Source: Malacoraja senta
Taxonomy: Eukaryota
Direction of reading: 5' to 3'
Length of the DNA: 64,000 nucleotides
Assembly (NCBI GenBank): GCA_038087875.1
Contig: JAXLNO010000188.1
Coordinates: forward strand, 1-64,000
Numbering within the stretch: position 1 is the stretch's first letter; every line of letters starts with the position of its first letter. Shown in pieces: positions 11,865 through 26,238 of this stretch. The notes beneath the pieces are model-generated. The model made no database searches. It was not told where the DNA came from and saw nothing but the letters and a program-made list of their open reading frames with translations. The position numbers were made by a program, and so were the translations under genes.

Positions 11865-14800
11865 GTGAGTGAAACAGATGTGAGATACTTAACTAATAAA
11901 TTCATAATTTCATAAGACTTAGGAGCAGATTTGGCCCATCGAGTCTACTCCTCCATTCAATCATGGCGGAACTATTTTTACCTCTCAACCCCATTCTCCT
12001 GCCTTCTCCCCATTACGCTTGACGCCCTTACTAATCAAGAACCTGCCAGTCTCCGCTTTAAAAATACGCAATGACTTGGCCTCCACAACAGATTCACCAC
12101 CCTCTGACTAAAGAAATTCCTTCTCATCCCCTTCTTTATGGAATGTCCTTTAATTCTGAGGTCATAGACTCTCCAACTAGTGGAAACATCCTCTCCGCAT
12201 CCACTCTATCCAGTCCTATAAACATTTGGTAAGTTTCAATGAGGTCCCCTCTCATCCTAAATTCCAGCGAGTACAGACCCAGAGCCATTAAATGCTCATC
12301 ATACGTTGACCCAATCATCCCTTAGATCATTCTCATAAACCTCCTCTCCAATGCCAGCACCTCATTCCGCAGATATGGGGCTCAAAACTGCTCACACTGG
12401 AACATGGAACAGTCGTCCTTCAGCCCACAATGTCTTTGCCGAACATGATGCCAAGACCAACATTGACCTGCCTGTACGTGAATCATATCCCTCTGTTCCC
12501 TGCATATCCAAGTGCCTATCCAAAAGTGCCACTATTGCATCTGCCTCCACCGCTACTTCCGGCAGCGTGCCCCAAGCACTCATCACTCTCTGTGCAACAA
12601 ATACTCGTCACAAACATCTTTAAACTTTGCCCCTAACACCTGGTCCTCTAGTATTTGATTTGTCCATCCTGGGAAAAAGGTTTCTGACTGTTTTCATAAT
12701 CTATGCATCAGTAGGTGAGGGTGGAGGGAAGGGCCAGAGGATGGCGGGGTCATTGGACGACAGTCAATGGACGGAGGGTCAGAGGTATGAGGGGCAAAAG
12801 TCAGTGGGATCACTTGATGGGGGCTCGAGGTGAGACTTGTGGTCGGAGGGCGCTAGGTTGGAGAGGTCAGCGGTTGGAGGGCACAGAGGTCAAAAGGGTC
12901 AGAGGGCTCAGAGGTCGGAGGGGATAGAGGTCTGTGGGCTCAGGTTGGAGGGGTCAGAGGGCGGTGCGGTTGGAGGGGTCGGAGGTCAGTGCGGACAGAC
13001 TTGCTGCCAGGGTGGCGAGCGATGGTAGAGCTGCAGCCTCCCTCTCTCTGTGCTGGTGAAGCTGCTGCCCCAGAGGTTGGAGGGGAGGGGAGGTGGGGAT
13101 TGAACCACCTGCAGTGGGGGTCTCCTCACAGGGAGACGGTTCATCCTGGGCTGAGGCGTCTCTGTGCTGCGTTGCCCGCCCGTCCACTCATGTCAGTGCA
13201 CCTCTCCCCACAGGTGCTCACGCAGGTGATGACTTACTCCCTCAACTTCATCAGCTCAGCCTTCGGGGGCCACCTGGGCAAGTATGAGCTGGGAGCCATC
13301 TCACTGGCCACCTCGGTAGGTAGCAGCCCCCTAGGGTGGGGGGGAGGGGGGGATCTCTCTGCTATCAGAAAGCCGGTCTCACTAGAAAAATCTGTAATTT
13401 AATGATTGATGATAAAAGTTGCCATGTCACTTTGAGGAGGTCTCTCACCAACAGCCCTCCCTTTCCACTCCACCCCTCCCTCACCCCCCTCCCCTCTCCT
13501 ACCTCGCTGCCCCACTCCCCCCTCACCCTCCCACCCCACACTTGCTGCTCCACTACTCCTGCTCCGATCCACACCCCTCCCAATTCCGCCCCGCTCCCCC
13601 TTTGTCTCGTCAACCCCCACCTTCGCCGTGCCACCCCCTCCCTTGCTGCGCCACTCCCCCACCCCTCAGTGTCAGACAGAAGCTTCAGCCACATTCCCTG
13701 ACAATGGACGGCACGGTGACGCAGCGGGTAGTGCTGCTGCCTCACAGCACCAGAGACCCGGGTTCGATCCTGACCTCGGGTACAGTCTGTGTGGAGTTTG
13801 CATGTTCTCCCTGTGACCGGGTGGGTTTCCGCCGGGTGCTCTTGTATCCTCCCACATGGCAAAGACGTGCGGGTTTGTAGGGTGATCGACGGTCGGCGTG
13901 GGCCGAAGGGCCTGTTTCCGTGCTGTCTCTCTATACTAAACAATGCCAAAGATTCAGTGACCTGACCAGATTAGACTCTTCCCTAGAATCATGCCAAGGT
14001 GGGAGAGGACTAGGGCCTGATTACAGTCACTGCTTTCAATGCATTTTGTTTTCTCTTCTCTTCCCCCCCACCAACCCCTTCTTTTCCAACATGGTGGCCA
14101 AGGTAATCAGCGTGACGGGAGTGGCGGTGGGAACGGGACTCTCCATGGCGTGTGACACCCTGATATCTCAGGTAAACCCCTGCCATCAAGATATCTCAGG
14201 TAAACCCCTGCTGAGGGTCCAACACCAGCGACTCAATGGGTACTGACATTACTGGAGCTAACAGCCCAGAGTATCTCACAGGGGAAACCCGGGGGCAGCT
14301 TCATGCTAAAGTCATTGTGTGGAAACACACTTTTCAGCCCAACATGCCCACACCGGCCAACATGTCCCATCTACATTAGTCCCACTTGCCTGCGTTTGTT
14401 CCATATCCCTCCAAACCTATCCCATCCATGTACCTGTCTAACTGTTTCTTAAATGTTGCAATAGTCCCTGCCTCAACTACCTCCAATGGCAGCTCATTCC
14501 ATACACCCACCACCCGTTGTGTGAAAACGTTACCCCTCAGATTCCTAATAAATCTTTTACCCTTCACCTAAACCTATGTCCTCTGGTCCTTAATTCTCCT
14601 ACTCTGGGCAAGAGACTCTCATGATTTTACACATCTCGATAAGATCACCCCTCATAAAGGGAATATTATAGGATATTAGAACAGACCGGTTCTAATATGT
14701 AGTAAGGATAGACACAAAATGTTGGAGTAACTCCAGGTCAGGCAGCATCTCTGGAGAAAAGGAATATGTGACGTTTCAAGTTGAGACCCTTCTTCAGACT

Positions 14801-17800
14801 GAGAGTTGGGGGAGAGGGAAACTAGAGGTTAAATACAAATCAGTGCCAGCACCGATAATCAAGGAAATGTTGAGCCCACAATGGTCCATTGTTGGTTGTG
14901 GAAGAAGTGATAACGAAGGGATATATGGATGCGAACAGTGGAACTAGCAGGATGACTCGGGTGGGGGAGGAATGGAGAGGGAGGAAATCTCCTCATGTAT
15001 ATGCCCGAAACATCACCTATTCCTTTTCTACAGAAATGCTGACTGACCCACTAGAGTTACTCCAGCATTTTGTGTCTATCCTTGGTATATATCAATAGAC
15101 AATAGACAATAGGTGCAGGAGTAGGCCATTTGGCCCTTCGAGCCAGCACCGCCATTCAATGTGATCATGGCTGATCATCCACAATCAGTACCCCGGTCCT
15201 GCCTTCTCCCCATATCTTCTGACTCCGCTATTTTTAAGAGCCCTATCTAGCTCTCTCTTGAAAGCATCCAGAGAACCTGCCTCTACCGCCCTCAGAGGCA
15301 GAGAATTCCACAGACTCACCACTCTCTGTGAGAAAAAGTGTTTCCTCGTCTCCGTTCTAAATGGCTTACTCCTTATTCTTAAATTGTGGCCCCTGGTTCT
15401 GGACTCCCCCAACATCGGGAACATGTTTCCTGCCTCTAGCGTGTTCAAGCCCTTAACAATGTTATATGTTTCACTGAGAATCCCTCTCATCCTTCTAAAC
15501 TCCAGAGTGTACAAGCCCAGCTGCTCCATTCTCTCAGCATATGACAGTCCCGCGATCCCAGAAATTAACCTTGTAAACCTACGCTGCACTCCCTCAAATT
15601 AGGGGACCAAAACTGCACACAATACTCCAGGTGTGGTCTCACTAGGGCTCTGTACAACTGCAGAAGCACCTCTTTGCTTCGATATTTGATTCCTCTTGTT
15701 ATAAAGGCCAACATGCCATTCGCTTTATTCACTGCCTGCTGTACCTGCATGCTTACTTTCATAGACTGATGTACAAGGACCCCCAGATCCCGTTGTACTT
15801 CCCCTTTTCCCAACTTGTCGCCATTTAGATAGTAATGTGCCTTCCTGTTTTTGCTACCATAGTGGATAACCTCACATTTATCCGCATTAAACTTCATCTG
15901 CCATGCATCTGCCCACTCCCCCAATCTGTCCAAGTCACCCTGCATTCCCATAGCATCCTCCTCACAGTTCACACTGCCACCCAGCTTTGTGTCATCTGCA
16001 AATTTGCTAATGTTACTTTGAATCCTTTCATCCAAATCATTGATGTATATTGTAAATAGCTGCGGTCCCAGCACCGAGCCTTGCGGTACCCCACTAGTCA
16101 CTGCCTGCCATTCTGAAAGGGACCCGTTAATCCCTACTCTTTGTTTCCTGTCTGCCAACCACTTCTCTATCCATCCAACCACTTCTCTTATCAGCATCTG
16201 TAGTTCTATCCTACACATTTGGTCTGGTCAAAGTAGTAATATTTGTGAGATGCCTTCAAGTATCATAAGATCAAGAGTGATAGGAGCAGAATTAGTCCAT
16301 TCGGCCCATCAAGTCTATTCCACCATTCAATCATGACTGATCTATCTCTCCCTCCTAACTCCATAACCTCTGACACCCGTACTAATCAAGAATCTCTCTA
16401 TCTCTGCCTTAAAAATATCCACTGACTTGGCCGCCACAGCCTTCTGTGACAAAGAATTCCACAGATTCACCACCCTCTGACTAAAGAAATTCCTGCTCAT
16501 CTCCTTCCTAAAAGGAGAGGAGAGAGGTAGGAGGTTTAAGGAACAGGGGACGTTCCAGAGGTCTGTACCTGGAGGTATATTCAGTGACGATGGGTCTGAG
16601 CTATAGGGAGAGGTTGAGTAGGCTGGGTCTCTATTGGAGGATGAGGGGTGATCTTATAGAGGTGTATCAGATCATGAGAGGAATAGATCGGGTAGATGCA
16701 CAGAGTCTCTTGCCCAGAGTAGGGGAATCGAGGACATAGGTTCAAGGTGAAGGGGAAAAGATTTAATAGGAATCTGAGGGGTAACTTTTTCACACAAAGT
16801 GTGGTGGGTGTATGGAACAAGCTGCCAGAGGAGGTAGTTGAGGCTGGGACTATCCCAACATTTAAGAAACAATTAGACAGGTAAGTAAGTAAGTAAGTTT
16901 ATTGGCCAAGTATTCACATACAATGAATTTGCCTTGGTGCTCCGCCCACAAGTAACAACATGACATACAGTAACAGTTACGAATGACTCGGAAAACACTA
17001 AACATTAATAATAATAAAACATTAATGATAAAACACCATTGATCAAGCATGTGAACCAACAAAATACCAGATCAAAGGGAGGCTACAGATTTTTGGCTGT
17101 TGAGTAGAGCAACTACTCGTGGATAAAAGCTGCTTTTATATCTGGCTGTGGCAGCTTTGACAGTCCGGAGTCGCCTTACAGAGGGAAGTGATTCAAAGAG
17201 TTTGTGGCCAGGGTGAGAGGGGTCAGAGATGATCTTGCCCGCTCGCTTCCTGACCCTTGCAGTGTACAGTTCATCAATGGAGGGAAGGTTGCAGCCAATA
17301 ACCTTCTCAGCTGGTTCAGCTCAGCTGGTACATGGATAGGACAGGTTTGGAGGGATATGGACCTAATGCAGGCAAGTGGGACTAGTATAGCTGGGACATG
17401 TTGGCCGGTGTGGGCAAGTTGGGCCGAAGGGCCTGTTTCCACACTGTATCACTCTATTACTCTATAAAGTATCTGGTCCATCCTTTGGGAGGAGAGCAGA
17501 GATCATGGAGTGATGCGGGCATGGGGTGTATATGTTGGTTGCTTCGGTAAGCGCTGGTTTATTGTTGGTGGGCTGCTACATTTTTAGGAGTCAAGTTACG
17601 TGGTTCTAACCTGTAGCACTAGTACTGACCCCCTGCACAGTTAACATCCGACGCTATCAAGTAAGAGTTGTATTCACGTGGAGTGAGTGTGGGCTGCAGG
17701 AAGTACCCTCAGCACCATGGGAGGGTGCAGAAGGTCCTCGCAGTGGAAAGAATCGTTGGGGAGAGGGTTGAGCATAGGGGTACTCATTATGCAATCTGAA

Positions 17801-20800
17801 AAAATCTCTGTGGCCCAAATCCCTGGATCACTGTGTCTGATGTCATAATGGAGGCTCCATGGAACCGCAGATGCTGGTTTACAAAAGAAAAGACACAAAG
17901 TGTTGGAGGGTCAGGCAGCGTCTCTGGAGAACACGGATAGGCAACGTTTCTGGTCGGGAACCTTCTTCAGACTGACCCGAAATGTCGCCTCTCCATGTTC
18001 TCCAGAGACGCTTCCTGACTCGCTGAATTACTCCAGCACTTTTTTTTTGTAAACCAGCATCTGTAGTTCCTTCCTACACTCTCCATTATGTTATCGGAGT
18101 CAATGACCCAGGGAGTTGGGCAACTTAGTATCTGTGTCTGTCACTTAGTGTGACTTCAGCTGATGGAGAGTGGAATGAATGAATGAATGAATGAATGAAT
18201 GAATACTTTATTTGAGGGCGGGGCAGGGAGTATGTCGGGATGATCATGTCTGAAGAACAGAGGAGACAATTGTTCGGGTGAGCTGAGGAAGGAATGCAGC
18301 CACGTGTGCTGCATCAGTAATCATGCCTTCCTGTCACTTTCAACCTCTCCCTGACTCCACGACCTTCCCCAGTCCCCAGGCTCTCATTGAACCCATGTCT
18401 GTGCATCTCTCCCTCCACATTGGACAGAGGCTTCAGCTGGTTGCTGCCGCAGGCATGTGTGGATGTGGAGGGATATGGCAAGAGGAACAGGCGGGATGCA
18501 AGTGGAAATTAGCAATTGACTGGGTTGAGATAGGCAAGGTGTTGAAATGGCTACCTCTTCATCACGAGGGGGTTAGAATCATAGAATCCTAGTCATGGAG
18601 TCCTACAGCATGGAAGCAGGCCCTTCGGCCCATCTTGCCCACACCGGTTAACATGTCCCATTTACACTGGTCCCACCTGCCTGTGTTTCTCCAAACCTGT
18701 CCTATCCATGTACCTGTCTAAATGTTTCTTAAACGTTGGGATAGTCCCTGCCTCAATCTGCACCTCTCTCTGGCACCTCGTTCCATACACCCACCACCCT
18801 TTGCGTGAAAATGTTACCCCTCAGATTCCTATTAAATTTTGGCCCTTTCACCTTAAAACAGTCCTCTGGTTCTCGATTCGCCTACTGTGGCCAAGAGACT
18901 TTGTGCGTCAACCTGATCTGTTCCTCTAATGGTTTTACACACCTCTATAAGATCACCCCTCATCCTCCTGCGCTCCATGAAATAGAGTCCCAGCCTGCTT
19001 GACCTCTCTTGTCTGAAGAGAGATTGAGATGAATGGGCCTGAATCATCTAGATGTTAGAAGGATGATGATATTGCAGCATTTAAAATTGTCCTAGGGATT
19101 GGCTGGGTGGATGTTGAGGAGAGGCTAACGTTAGCAAGAACGGGCTTGTATGAGGGGGGACATTCTGGACTGCGATGAGAAAGCTCTCTCTGCTGAAGGC
19201 CGGCGCACGCCAGCCCCATGAACATTTTGGGAAGGATGGGAAAGAGGGAATGTGGAAGGGACTGCCTCTGGGATCTCCTGGCTGAGACACAAGGACGACG
19301 CCTGCTCCCATCTCCTTGTTTCAAAAACCTCTTGATGTTTTCCTGACTCAACAAATCAACCTCAAACTCATAGGTTCTAGGAGCAGAATTAGGCCATTCG
19401 GCCCATCATGCCCACTCCGCCATTCAGTCATGGCTGATCTATCTTTCCCTCTCATTTCAGATGTACGGGAGCAAACAGCTGAAGCAAATTGGGGTTGTCC
19501 TGCAAAGAGCCATTTTGATTCTCATGGTCTTCTGCTGCCCCTGTTGGGCCCTCTTCATCAACACGGAGAAAATCCTATTGGCGGCCAAGCAGGACCCCGA
19601 GGTGGCCAGGTCAGATGCCCACCATAGGCAAACGCATTCAGCCAAAACATAAGGTCATAAGTAATAGGAGTAGAATTAGGCCATTCGGCCCATCAAGTTC
19701 ACTCTGCCATTCAATCATTGCTGATCTATCTCTACCTCCTAACCCCATAACCTCTGATACCTGTACTAATCTATCTCTGCCTTAAAAATATCCACTGACT
19801 GGCCTCCACAGCCTTCTGTGGCAAAGAATTCCACAAATTCACCACCCTCTGGCTACATAAATTTCTCCTCATCTCCTTCCTAAAAGAACGTCCTTTAATT
19901 CGGCGGCTGACCTCTAGTCCTCCACATTCACCTCTAGTCCTCCACATTCACTCCATCCAAGCCTTTCACTATTCTATACGTTTCAATGCGGCCTCCCCTC
20001 ATTCTTCTAAACTCCAGCGAGTACAGGTCTAGTGCTGACAAACGCCCATCATAGATTAACCTAATCATTCCTGGGATCATTCTTGTAAACCTTAGCTTGT
20101 TGTCATCTTTGATTCAGTGCTGAACGATCCCTCCCATCCACCAGCAGATAGGGCGAGCTTTACTTCAGACTTCAGAGATGCAGGGTGGAAATTGGCCTTT
20201 CTGCCCACCGAGTCCGCCCCGGCCAGCAATCACCCCGTGCACAAACACTATCCTACACACACTAGGGACAATTTAGAATTTTACCAGAGTCAATCAACTT
20301 ACAAACCATTACATCTTTGGAGTGTGAGAGGAAACCGGAGCATCCGGAGTAAACCACGTGGTCACCGGGAGAACGTGCAAACTCCGTACAGACAGCACCC
20401 GTAATCAGGATCGAACCCGGGTCTCTGATGCCATGGGGTAACGACTCTACCTCTGCGCCACCGTGCAACCCTGAGCTTGGTCTCATTGTGGTCACTTTTC
20501 ATTATCAGTTAGCCCTTCTTTGTGGCTGGGACTCCTGCATGGAACATAGAACAGTACAGCACAAGAATAGGCCCTTCGGCCCACAATGTCTATGCCGAAC
20601 AGGATGCCAAGACTAACTCTTGTCTGCCTTCACGAGATCCAAACACCCCATTCCCTGCCCTTCTTTATGGGTTTCCAAAGGTCTCTTAAATTGCAAAGTA
20701 GTGGATCCGTGGATCATTGACATCGCTGAGTCCATCCTGACTACGGGTGCAGTCTGTACGGAGTTTGCACGTCCTCCCCGTGGGTTTCGGTTTCCTCCCA

Positions 20801-23800
20801 CACTCCAAAGTTAATTGGCTTCGGTGAAAATTGTAAGTGTCCCTAGTGTGTAGGACAGTGTTAGTGTACAGGGATCGCTGGTTGGCACGGACTGGATGGG
20901 CCAAAGGGCCTGTTTCCGCGCTGTATCTCTAAAATTAAAAACAAAAAACGAAACTAAACTAGTATTTGCCATTTCCACCTTGGGAAAGGGGTTCTAATGG
21001 AGTTAGAGCTCTGGGACTCCCCTCAGCCTCCAACACTCCAGAGAAAACAGTCCACGTTTGTCCAACCTCTGCCTGGTGAAGATACCCCCACAGTGCTGTT
21101 GGGGTAATATGGAGAAGGACTTCTGATGTATTCCAAAGTCAGGACAGTGGTGTGACTTGGAGGGGAACCTGTGGGTGGTGGTGTTCCCATGTGTACATGC
21201 ACCATTACTGAGGCATATTCTCTGAGGTCTGAGTCCAGGTCTTTTCCGTTGCAGACCCACGTGGCCCCTCCAGCCCTCCAGTGCAGTGCTGAGGGAGTGA
21301 GGCATTGTCAGTGAGGATGCCCCTTGATTCCTCAACGTCGATCAACAAGACCGCTGGTATCTTTGACATGAACTCATCTTGCTCCTCACCATCCCTTATT
21401 TGACTTCTCCAGTCAGTCCACCAGGACCACTCAATACCCTTGCACCATTGAAACGTCTGGGACTTTCCAGTCATTTTTCAGGAGCTCAGCACCCCTGATG
21501 AAGCCTTCAGAGAGACATAGTTATACAGACAGGCCCTTCAGCCCAATTTGCCTATGCCAACCAAGATAATAATAATAATAATAATAATAGATTTATTTTA
21601 TATAGCGCTTTTCAGGACTCAAAGTCGCTTTACAATTGAGAGTCAGGAATAAACAAAACAAAATAGAGCAGTAAGACAGAGGGGAGGGGAACATGGGACT
21701 AAGGGTATGCAGATGTGAAGAGATGGGTCTTGAGGCGGGACTGGAAGATGGTGAGGGACTCAAGATGCCTCATCTACACTTGTCCCACCTGCCAGTGTAA
21801 ACCTTCCCATCTATGTACCTGTCCAAATATTTTTATTCCTTCTCTCCAGAGATGCTGCCTGACCCGCTGAGTTACTCCAGTATTTTGTGTCTATCTTCAG
21901 TGTAAACCAGCACCTGCAGTTCCTTCCCACACAAGTGTTTTTTTGTCTATTCCTACTAGCCCTTGAGAAGGGGCTGGCGAGCTACCTTCTTGAACTACTG
22001 AAGTTCTTAATATAGAACAGCACGGCACAGGAACTGGCCCTTCTGCCCACAATGTCCGTGCTGGACATGATGCTGTTAATTTCTGCCTGCACTTGATTAC
22101 TATCCTTTTATTACCTAATATTGACGTGCCTATCTAGAAGCCATTTAAACCCCACTATTGTATCAGCTTCCATCGCCACCACTCTATGTTCCAGGGACCC
22201 ACCATTCTCCGTGTAAAAATAAACGTGTCTTCCACATCGCCTTTAAACTTTCCTCCTCTGACCTTGAGGCTATGCCTTATAGTGCCAGAGGCCCAGGTTC
22301 AATCCTGACTATGGGTGCTTGTCTGTACGGAGTTTGTATGTACGCCCTTAGACCGCGTGGGTTTTCTCCAGGTGCTCTGGTTTCCTCCCACTCTCCAAAC
22401 ACGTACAGGTTTGTAGGTATAAATGTAAATTGTCCCCAGTGTGTGTAGGATGTTAATGTGCGGGGATCACTGGTCGACGTGGACTCAGTGGGCTGAAGGG
22501 CCTGTTTCATAGAAACATAGAAACATAGACATAGAAACATAGAAATTAGGTGCAGGAGTAGGCCATTCGGCCCTTCGAGCCTGCACCGCCATTCAATATG
22601 ATCATGGCTGATCATCCAACTCAGTATCCCGTACCTGCCTTCTCTCCATACCCTCTGATCCCTTTAGCCACAAGGGCCACATCTAGCTCCCTCTTAAATA
22701 TAGCCAATGAACTGGCCTCGACTACCCTCTGTGGCAGAGAGTTCCAGAGATTCACCACTCTCTGTGTGAAAAAAGTTATTCTCATCTCGGTTTTAAAGGA
22801 TTTCCCCCTTATCCTTAAGCTGTGACCCCTTGTCCTGGACTTCCCCAACATCGGGAGCAATCTTCCTGCATCTAGCCTGTCCAACCCCTTAAGAATTTTG
22901 TAAGTTTCTATAAGATCCCCTCTCAATCTCCTAAATTCTAGAGAGTATAAACCAAGTCTATCCAGTCTTTCTTCATAAGACAGTCCTGACATCCCAGGAA
23001 TCAGTCTGGTGAACCTTCTCTGCACTCCCTCTATGGCAATAATGTCCTTCCTCAGATTTGGAGACCAAAACTGTACGCAATACTCCAGGTGTGGTCTCAC
23101 CAAGACCCTGTACAACTGCAGTAGAACCTCCCTGCTCCTATACTCAAATCCTTTTGCTATGAAAGCTAACATACCATTCGCTTTCTTCACTGCCTGCTGC
23201 ACCTGCATGCCTACTTTCAATGACTGGTGTACCATGACACCCAGGTCTCGCTGCATCTCCCCTTTTCCTAGTCGGCCACCATTTAGATAATAGTCTGCTT
23301 TCCTGTTTTTGCCACCAAAATGGATAACCTCACATTTATCCACATTATACTGCATCTGCCAAACATTTGCCCACTCACCCAGCCTATCCAAGTCACCTTG
23401 CAGTCTCCTAGCATCCTCCTCACAGCTAACACTGCCCCCCAGCTTAGTGTCATCCGCAAACTTGGAGATATTGCCTTCAATTCCCTCATCCAGGTCATTA
23501 ATATATATTGTAAATAGCTGCGGTCCCAGCACTGAGCCTTGCGGTACCCCACTAGTCACTGCCTGCCATTGTGAAAAAGACCCGTTTACTCCTACTCTTC
23601 TCTATCCACATCAATACTGAACCCCCAATGCCATGTGCTTTAAGTTTGTATACTAATCTCTTATGTGGGACCTTGTCGAAAGCCTTCTGGAAGTCCAGAT
23701 ACACCACATCCACTGGTTCTCCCCTATCCACGCTACTAGTTACATCCTCGAAAAATTCTATAAGATTCGTCAGACATGATTTACCTTTCGTAAATCCATG

Positions 23801-26207
23801 CTGACTTTGTCCAATGATTTCACCACTTTCCAAATGTGCTGCTATCCCATCTTTAATAACTGACTCTAGCAGTTTCCCCACTACCGATGTTAGACTAACT
23901 GGTCTGTAATTCCCCGTTTTCTCTCTCCCTCCCTTCTTAAAAAGTGGGGTTACGTTTGCTACCCGCCAATCATCAGGAACTACTCCAGAATCTAAAGAGT
24001 TTTGAAAGATTATTACTAATGCATCCACTATTTCTGGAGCTACTTCCTTAAGTACTCTGGGATGCAGCCTATCTGGCCCTGGGGATTTATCGGCCTTTAA
24101 TCCATTCAATTTACCCAAAACCACTTCCCGACTAACCTGGATTTCACTCAATTCCTCCAACTCCTTTGACCCGCGGTCCCCTGCTATTTCCGGCAGATTA
24201 TTTATGTCTTCCTTTGTGAAGACGGAACCAAAGTAGTTATTCAATTGGTCCGCCATATCCTTGTTCCCCATGATCAACTCACCTGTTTCTGACTGCAAGG
24301 GACCCACATTTGTTTTAACTAATCTCTTTCTTTTTACATATCTATAAAAACTTTTGCAGTCAGTTTTTATGTTCCCTGCCAGTTTTCTTTCATAAACTAT
24401 TTTTCCTTTCCTAATTAAGCCTTTTGTCCTCCTCTGCTGGTCTCTGAATTTCTCCCAGTCCTCCGGTATGCTGCTTTTTCTGGCTAATTTGTACGCATCA
24501 TCCTTCGCTTTGATACCATCCCTGATTTCCCTTGTTATCCACGGATGCACTACCTTCCCTGATTTATTCTTTTGCCAAACTGGGATGAACAATTTTTGTA
24601 GTTCATCCATGCAGTCTTTAAATGTCTTCCATTGCATGTCCACCGTCAACCCTTTTAGAATTAATTGCCAGTCAATCTTGGCCAATTCACGTCTCATACC
24701 CTCAAAGTTACCTTTCTTTAAGTTCAGAACCATTGTTTCTGAATTAACAATGTCACTCTCCATCCTAATGAAGAACTCAACCGTATTATGGTCACTCTTG
24801 CCCAAGGGGGCACGTACAACAAGACTGCTAACTAACCCTTCCTCATTACTCAATACCCAGTCTAAAATAGCCTGCTCTCTCGTTGGTTCCTCTACATGTT
24901 GATTTAGATAACTATCCCGCATACATTTCAAGAAATCCTCTTCCTCAGCACCCCTGCCAATTTGATTCACCCAATCTATATGTAGATTGAAGTCACCCAT
25001 TATAACTGTTTTGCCTTTGTCGCACGCATTTCTAATTTCCTGTTTGATACCATCTCCAACTTCACTACTACTGTTAGGTGGCCTGTACACAACACCCACC
25101 AGCGTTTTCTGCCCCTTAGTGTTTCGCAGCTCTACCCATACCGATTCCACATCCTCGAACCTAATGTCCTTCCTTTCCATTGCGTTAATGTCCTCTCTAA
25201 TCAGCAACGCTACCCCACCTCCTTTTCCTTTCTCTCTATCCCTCCTGAATATTGAATATCCCTGGATGTTCAGCTCCCAGCCTTGGTCACCCTGGAGCCA
25301 TGTCTCCGTGATCCCAACTATATCATAGTCATTAATAGCTATCTGCACATTCAACTCATCCACCTTATTACGAATGCTCCTTGCATTGAGACACAAAGCC
25401 TTCAGGCTTGTTTTTACAACACTCTTACCCCTTATACAATTATGTTGAAAAGTGGCCCTTTTTGATTTTTGCCCTGGTTTTGTCTGTCTTCCACTTTTAC
25501 TTTTCACCTTGCTACCTATTGCTTCTACCCTCATTTTACACTCCTCTGTCTCTACGCTCACACATTTAAGAAACTCTTTCCCTTTAACTCCATCTTCCAC
25601 TATCCCATTCGACACCCCACCCCCCTTATCCAGTTTAAAACCACCCGTGTAGCAGTGGCAAACCTGCCTGCCGGAATGCTGGTCCCACACCTGTTAAGAT
25701 GCAATCCGTCCCTTTTGTACAGTTCCCCCTTACCCCAAAACAGATCCCAGTGATCTAAGAATCTAAATCCCTGCCCCGTGCACCAGTTCCTCAGCCACAC
25801 GTTCAGGTCCCGTATCTCCCTGTTCCTGCTCTCGCCAGCACGAGGAACTGGAAGCAAACCGGAGATAACAACCCTGGAGGTTCTGCTTTTCAGCATTTTT
25901 CCGAGCTCTCTAAAGTCACGCTGCAGAATATTCATCCCCTTCTTTCTGACATCGTTTGTGCCGACATGCACTACCACTTCCGNNNNNNNNNNNNNNNNNN
26001 NNNNNNNNNNNNNNNNNNNNNNNNNNNNNNNNNNNNNNNNNNNNNNNNNNNNNNNNNNNNNNNNNNNNNNNNNNNNNNNNNNNNNNNNNNNNNNNNNNNN
26101 NNNNNNNNNNNNNNNNNNNNNNNNNNNNNNNNNNNNNNNNNNNNNNNNNNNNNNNNNNNNNNNNNNNNNNNNNNNNNNNNNNGCCTGTTTCTGTGCTGGA
26201 TGACTCC

Positions 26208-26238
<31 letters not shown>

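Noticed and set aside
21255..21296. AG...GT-bounded segment as a candidate for missing exon 5
   Set aside because: Wrong length and no MATE similarity.
23009..25753. Several + strand ORFs
   Set aside because: Antisense shadows of CR1 ORF2.
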